From positions 107,012,001 through 107,076,000 of the forward strand of contig OZ024741.1 in assembly GCA_964016885.1 (NCBI GenBank): a stretch of DNA of 64,000 bases, written 5' to 3'. Positions 57,300-64,000 of this stretch are shown here, one piece after another. Each line of letters begins with the position of its first letter. Position 1 is the first letter of the stretch. A program made the translations under genes and the position numbers. This DNA is from Eledone cirrhosa. Lineage: Eukaryota. The notes below the pieces were generated by a model that was given only the letters and a program-made list of their open reading frames with translations, did no database searches and was not told where the DNA came from.

Positions 57300-57600
57300 C
57301 AAAGGTCCTTATATAAGATTATGTTGAAAGGTTTTTCTTAGATAAATATAACCAGTTTAAAAACGAACAGCTTTGCATATAGAATCCGTCGATGTTTGGA
57401 ACTTAACATAACAAAGGTTCTTACATAAAATTATAATGGAAGGTTTCTTTTAGATAAATACAAACACTTTAAAACAAATTGGTTTATATCATAAATATAT
57501 ATGTTTGGAACATAACTTAACAGAAGTCCTTACATAAAATTATGATCTAAGGAGCTTTTTTTTTAGATAAATATAAACACTTTAGAACAGAGACGGTTTG
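57300..57600. repeat. Three diverged ~112-bp tandem units
   Basis: Recurrent cttacataaaattat..ttagataaata..gtttggaac. Confidence 0.7.
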
Positions 57601-58621
57601 GTTTCTAAATAGTTGGAACAAATATTTTTGTCTGTTTCAATGGTAAATATGACAAGATTTTAAATTTGAAGAAAATTTTCTATAACAATTTAGTGCAAGA
57701 CAATTTACAGATCCTTTGGACCGTGGGGTTTTGATTATGATAAAGTTACTGAGACTCACAGGAGTTACTGGGTTGTAGTTGCAGTATGTGAACCACGTGA
57801 AAAACAGATGCAGTTATGTATAAAGAAGAAAGAAGTTTGTAGTCGTATCAATTTTTATGATTTGTAATCGATGGATACCCGCGACGAATTGGCAAATTCG
57901 TTAGAATGTCGGATAGAGTGCTTTACGGTATTCATTCCGGCTCTCTGTTCTCTGAGTTGAAATACCGCTGAGGTCGATAAAAAAAGTACTAATCTAGAAG
58001 TAGGGTGGATTCTTCATTTATATCTCCTTCTCATTTCCCCTCTCTCTCCCTCTCACTTTCCATCTTTCTCTGGACAAAATCTGCTGTACTCAGGCTTGGA
58101 GAGGGATTGGCTCCTCCAGGCTTAAAATGTCCAAGAAACGCCGTATGTTATGACTCTATCAGAAGTTACGGGACCATACATACATACAATTGATTGATAG
58201 AATGAAGAAAAAAAAATAGTCAGGTTATTGCACCTTGAGACATTATGAGGTCTTTCTTCTCGGCTGAAAAATGTATTTCGAAGGTTCGACCGTTTCTATA
58301 CTATTGAATTTGACATCTTAGTTATTGATCGATTTTTAATGATCTGAGAATACAGGCTTATAATTGCTTGGGTTTCTTTCACAAATATATTCAGTTTAAT
58401 TAGAAAATCTTCAAAGCGGCGGTTGCAGTCTGACGGATTCATACGGTTGCAGTTTGACGGATTCATGAATAAATTTAAGTTTAAGCTTTCACATCCCAGG
58501 AGAAACTTGTTACAAGGCCCGTTTGTGGCTATAGTTTTTGACACGTGTCTTGGTTTTGTCTGAAACCGTTGTCACATCCAAACGTTTTTTTTTCTTTTAT
58601 TACCCCCCCCCCCCCCCAGAC

Positions 58622-58842
58622 AGAGGGCGGTGGATTGGCAGTAACGGTAGAGTGTCGGACGCATGCTTTGCAACATAGAGCTACGGCCCTTTATGATCTG
58701 AGTTCAAATCCCACCGAGGTTAATTTTGCCTTTCATCCTTATGGGGTCGATAGAATAAAGTACCAGTCACGCACTGGGGTCGATTTAATCGACTTTCCTC
58801 TCTCCCAAAATTGCTGGCCTTGTGCCTATATAAGAAACCATT
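58622..58842 (+). mobile_element. Full-length main-family SINE
   Basis: ggcggtggattggcagtaacggtagag...gagttcaaatccc...ggccttgtgcc. Confidence 0.85.
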
Positions 58843-59315
58843 ATTTTTTCCGAGACAAATGCTTAGCAGTATTTCTTCGGTTCTTATATCTTATGAGTTC
58901 AAATCCCGCTTGAAATTTCTGGCATTGTACCAAATGTAGAAAGAATTATTTTATTTACTTTAGTTCTTTTAATCATATAGAATTTTCTTCTACGTCGTTA
59001 TAACATGTTTATGTTTATTTCTTAATAAACATATCTTCCTTTTTTAACTAAAATTGATGTGAGTTATTACCAATACACACTGATAATAAAGTGAAAAATT
59101 TGATATTTTGGATATTTGCTTGTTTGGCATAGCTCTGATAATGGGGCCCTGTATATCTTGATGGTAAATAGCTTCTCTGTTCCTCAGGATTATCATTTTT
59201 GTCCTATGTGTTACCACTATTATATTCAATAAGATAAATTAAAATTCATATTGCAAAAGTGAAATTGCACCTTATGGTAAATATTTGTCCTGAATTGCTT
59301 TCAATGAGATTAATC

Positions 59316-59752
59316 AACGGTTAAAAATACAGATATAGATATTGTAATGTAGACATTACAATACAACGGGAGGAAACATAATAGTACCACTAATGATGCC
59401 ACAGACTATATATATATATATTTATATCTGTATTTTTAACCGTTGGTCAATCAAAGATAAATATTGATTGCCAGATAAATTAACTATGGAGATATAAAAG
59501 ACACAGAAGTGAAAGCCAGCCCAAACCAAACAGTGAGTGTGTTTTATTATTATTTCTGGCAATATTATAACAATTAAGTTAATCCCGCCGAGGTTAACTT
59601 GCCTTTCATCCTTACGGGGTCGATAAAATAAAAGTACCAGTCACGCACTGGGGTCGACTTAATCGACTTTCCCTTCCCCCAAAATTACTGGTCTTGTGCC
59701 TATAAAAGAAACCAATATTATAACAATATGATCTTCCTCAAATATAACAATA
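59316..59752 (+). mobile_element. pLTR remnant of the 35303-36298 family, with a nested SINE (59575-59713, TSD aatattataacaat)
   Basis: Homologous to 36030-36298; short inverted start aacggttaaaaatacagatata. Confidence 0.8.
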
Positions 59753-59772
59753 TATATATATATATATATATA

Positions 59773-59970
59773 TGAAAAGATTCAGGACCCCACCGACTGA
59801 GCTCCGGCCGTTTCGACAGCTAGATCTGAACTAGTTCGGATCTAGCTGTCGAAACGGCCGGAGCTCAGCCGTCGAGGTACTGAATATTATCATATTCACC
59901 ACTCTACTACCCCAAGTATCGAGTACTCTGATGGGTTGTGGTCTAGCTGGACTTTTACCCCACCCTATCG
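59773..59970. mobile_element. Family B palindromic island
   Basis: ctgagctccggccgtttcgacagctagatc / gatctagctgtcgaaacggccggagctcag. Confidence 0.8.
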
Positions 59971-60029
59971 GATATATATATATATATATATACCTTATCG
60001 GATACTATATATATATGTATATATATATA

Positions 60030-60291
60030 CGGAAAAAGATGTTATCGAAAATGCAACTGGAGTCCTTTACCGGTTTCCTTGTGCTTTTCAAAAGTAGAAT
60101 TGAGATGGAGGGTTTGTGGTTTTTCTCGCATCTATGCGAGAAAAACCACAAACCCTCCACCTCAAAACCGGTAAAGGAACCAAATAAATATTTTTAAAAA
60201 GACTCCAGTTGCATTTTCGATTTCATCTTTTTTCCTTATACTTTCACTCGTGTGGGACATTTATTTTTTTTTCATTTTGTAAAAAAACCTC

Positions 60292-60300
<9 letters not shown>
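60030..60300. mobile_element. Nested fold-back island with decayed HHR halves
   Basis: Outer arms gaaaaagatg..tcgaaaatgcaactggagtc; inner perfect hairpin; minus strand cuu-UUGAAAA..GAAAC-CG-GUA-aag. Confidence 0.7.
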
Positions 60301-60342
<42 letters not shown>

Positions 60343-60423
60343 GATAAGCAGAACAAGTAAAATTCAATCAATTTTTTAAAATACATTAAAAAATATAATA
60401 TAAATATTTACCTCTCCTAGTGG

Positions 60424-60504
60424 CCCTTACTGATTAGTTTCGCTTTGTAAAACCTCATAAATCCGATGGATTTATGATGGAAAACCAAAGCTCATCAGAG
60501 AAGC
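60424..60504 (-). ncRNA. Type-I hammerhead with intact core and long stem II
   Basis: uucu-CUGAUGA-GCUUUG...UCAUAAAUCC-auc-GGAUUUAUGA...CAAAGC-GAAAC-uaauca-GUA-aggg. Confidence 0.8.
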
Positions 60505-60827
60505 ATTTTCCCTTCCTAGGGCTAAACGTCCCAGGAACGACAAAATATATAACCTCCTGCCAGCTAATAAAGGTCTGAAAGGTCGTAAAAGTATATATAT
60601 ATATATACCTTATCGGATACTAAGAAGCTGAAGGTAAAGGTACTACACCAGTTTTTTGCTGCTATTCATACTGCTAGTGTTGTTATGACTGCTGCTGATG
60701 ATGATGCGAGTATAATAAAGAACGTGCATTCATTTAATTAATGGTAAATACCGACTGTAACTTATATTTCACAGGTAAAATCCCACCTGTTTTACAGATA
60801 TACATAATGATTCATTGAGTCATTCAG

Positions 60828-60877
<50 letters not shown>

Positions 60878-61238
60878 CTGTATGCGCGCATGTGAGAGTT
60901 TGTGCGTATAATGTAATATGATATAATACATATATATATATATACACGCACATAAATATCTCCTGGACAGCCATTATAGTACAAATGTTCGCTTTGATCT
61001 AACTAAAGGGCGATATCTTTCTCTTGATGTTGAAAATAAGAGGGAACCCGATTGAGAATTGTCTAGACTTTAATATGCCTCAAGCCTTCACCTGCTAAAA
61101 TTAAGGTTAGGCAAAACAATATTACCTCCCTTCACTCCCTCCCAATTGTCACCCCACTCTTCTTCCGCCTTGTATCGGCTATCGTCACCAAGTTTTGCAC
61201 CTTTAATAAAATATAGACTTTCTTTACGTGTTCATTTG

Positions 61239-61273
<35 letters not shown>

Positions 61274-61495
61274 ATTACTCCCCCTCTCTCTCTATATATA
61301 ATTGTTTTTATTTAAGAGTTTGTTTGATTGTGAATTATGTGTTTGCACTATCTCAATACATAATCTCCAGTGTACACCGGATTAAGAACCCCACTTCAGT
61401 AGTATGTATACCACACTGATATGGTATCGCGTAGCATACGACGGAGTAGCGTTACACACACACACACACATATATATATATTCACATACACACAC

Positions 61496-61526
<31 letters not shown>

Positions 61527-61599
61527 TATATATATAAATGTATCAATATATTTCGGCACACGAATTTACATTAAGAATCTTGCAAACCAAATGCTGGCA

Positions 61600-61669
<70 letters not shown>

Positions 61670-62562
61670 GCACACGCACACGCACGCGCACACGCATACG
61701 CACGCGCACACGCACACGCACGCGCACGCGCATACGCACGCGCACACGCACACGCACACAGACACACTCACAGATACACTCACACAAACACAGACACACA
61801 CACACATACACACATATATGTATATACCACAAAGAGAGGTCACAAAGACTCAATATCTAACTAATTATATCATTAGACTAATTACTTTAACACCAACATT
61901 CCCTATTTAATTGAATATCGTAATATAATTAATTTACGAAAGTGTAATTGTATTATCCAGACTACATATGGTTTGAGAGCTGGTGTTTATGTTAGCTTTC
62001 TTTTCTGGTCAATCGGTTTTGGTTATTAACTGCGGTTATTTAATTTCATTTAATTAACTCCATGTTTTCCAAACTGTATGCCACGACACCTTAGTGTGTC
62101 ATTGATAATCGCTAGGTATGTCTTAATACCTTGATATGTCACTGATAATCTCTACATGTGTAACATAACCTTAATGTTTTATTGTGCCACTGATAATATC
62201 TAGGAGTTTCACGACTCTTTACTGTTCGCATATATATTACTTTCGGAAAGTTCCATACAAATCAAAGATTTTAAATAAAGGTAAATGTGAAAAAGCACAA
62301 GGGTATATTTAATGATTTTTTCCTTTAATTCGACAGAAAGAATATTTTTATAAATGTTATATTAAATAGATTTAAATTTAGTCAAATATTACAAATACTA
62401 AGACAAGGATCATTATTAAAATATGCCTTAATATTTGTTTTTATATACTTTGTGAAATTATAAAACTAATGTGGTTAGATGTATTCATTGGATGAAAGTT
62501 TGGACTCTTTATTATTCTTCGAACGGAAAACAATGCTCGCTTCTTCAGCCACCTGATTTCGA

Positions 62563-62599
<37 letters not shown>

Positions 62600-63823
62600 A
62601 TTTATATATATGAACTCAGTGTACAATCAGAATTTAGCTAATCAAAAAGACATCCATATTTTGTATTAACGTGTAAGGAGAAACCCATAGCTGTAGATAA
62701 AACACCTGCAACTCAATCGTGTAGCGTCGATCTCCTCTAAAAGTACTTGAACCTTAATTAGGCCGCTAATACACCAGGGATGGGAATCGTATGACCATCA
62801 CAGCTCCTAACTGCATTTTCTCTTAAAATATCTGAGCTTTTGAGCCCAATTTGAGAATACCAGTATTACGTATGGAAGCGTTGTGGTCGTCGCTTCTAGA
62901 ATATATTTAAGCTGGACAACCTTCTTTCTCTCCCCAGTTGAGTGTGATTTAACTTCCTTTGCGTCACTTTCTTTCTTTGTGTCCCTATTAAGCATTTCAA
63001 GTGGCCAATGGCCTTATCCTTGTGATGAAGGTGGATGAGCTGTGGCTCGGTGGCCAGCTTCCGAGCAATACTTGGACGAGAATTAGATACACACCGTTGA
63101 TACTTTATTCCCGATGTTAGATACACACCGTTGACACTTTATTCCCGATGAGAATTATAGACATAAATAAATTACAGTTGTTCATGGTACTCCACCCTCA
63201 GTAATGAGGATGAGAAGTGACCTGTGATGTCATAAATTTAGTGGACGTATAAACCTCCCATTTAATTTTCGAACTGAGTTATGAATGTAAAAACGCGATG
63301 CCTTGTCTTAGTATCACAAGCGTATGATCACAGGTTCTGCGTTTTGATTTTGAGCAGGTCATTTTATTTCGCATTACTACAGTCCATATCTAAATACAAC
63401 AAAATCATCAAAGATAAAGGAGTATTTTGTACACTCAGTTTATTAAGATTGCATGAAATAATTTCAAACTCCGGCCAGATGAGTCTCCAAGGCTCGAGAA
63501 ACAAAGACTTCAACATTTTTCACAGCTCTCCTCATTAAAACAGGGCCGTACCACAAAACCTTCCGACTTCTATTAGCCCGACAACCTCCCTTATTCTAGA
63601 CAGAAATGACGATGTTTCTGTAACCTAATGCCCCACACCTGTGAAAGGATGGCCGCAACCCTCGATAAGAAACACAACTTCCCCACCCTCACAAGTAACA
63701 ATTTATTGAGAAAAGTTGTTTCATTTTCAACACTTCCTTTTTTTTTCTTTACCTTCTAATTATTGTCCTTCCTCCTTCTAGCCTACACACAATCTCTTTC
63801 TCTCTTGCTCTGCCTTTGTGTGT

Positions 63824-63941
<118 letters not shown>

Positions 63942-64000
63942 ATATATACATACATATATACATATGTATATATATTTATATGTATACACCCCCCTCCCAC

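Overview
Eukaryotic, AT-rich, repeat-dominated DNA with no host gene I can support. The SINE style and the extreme (TA)n/(CA)n/(GA)n load suggest a cephalopod (Octopus-like) genome; this is inference. Most ORF-track entries are microsatellite artefacts. Real coding signal is limited to decayed transposons: hAT/Charlie, mariner, Helitron, RTE, Tx1/L1-like, R2-like, HERO-like, CRE-like and Penelope-like (GIY-YIG). The main hidden signal is about 18 minimal type-I hammerhead ribozyme (HHR) motifs, intact or decayed, on both strands. They sit in short islands between microsatellites, many of them fold-back palindromes. Two non-coding elements carry tandem HHR-bearing direct repeats (periods 429 and 591 nt) plus an inverted terminal copy, an architecture like retrozymes or non-autonomous Penelope elements. 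Several HHRs use the compensatory U3-A8 core. Structures were read by eye and coordinates may be off by a few bases.
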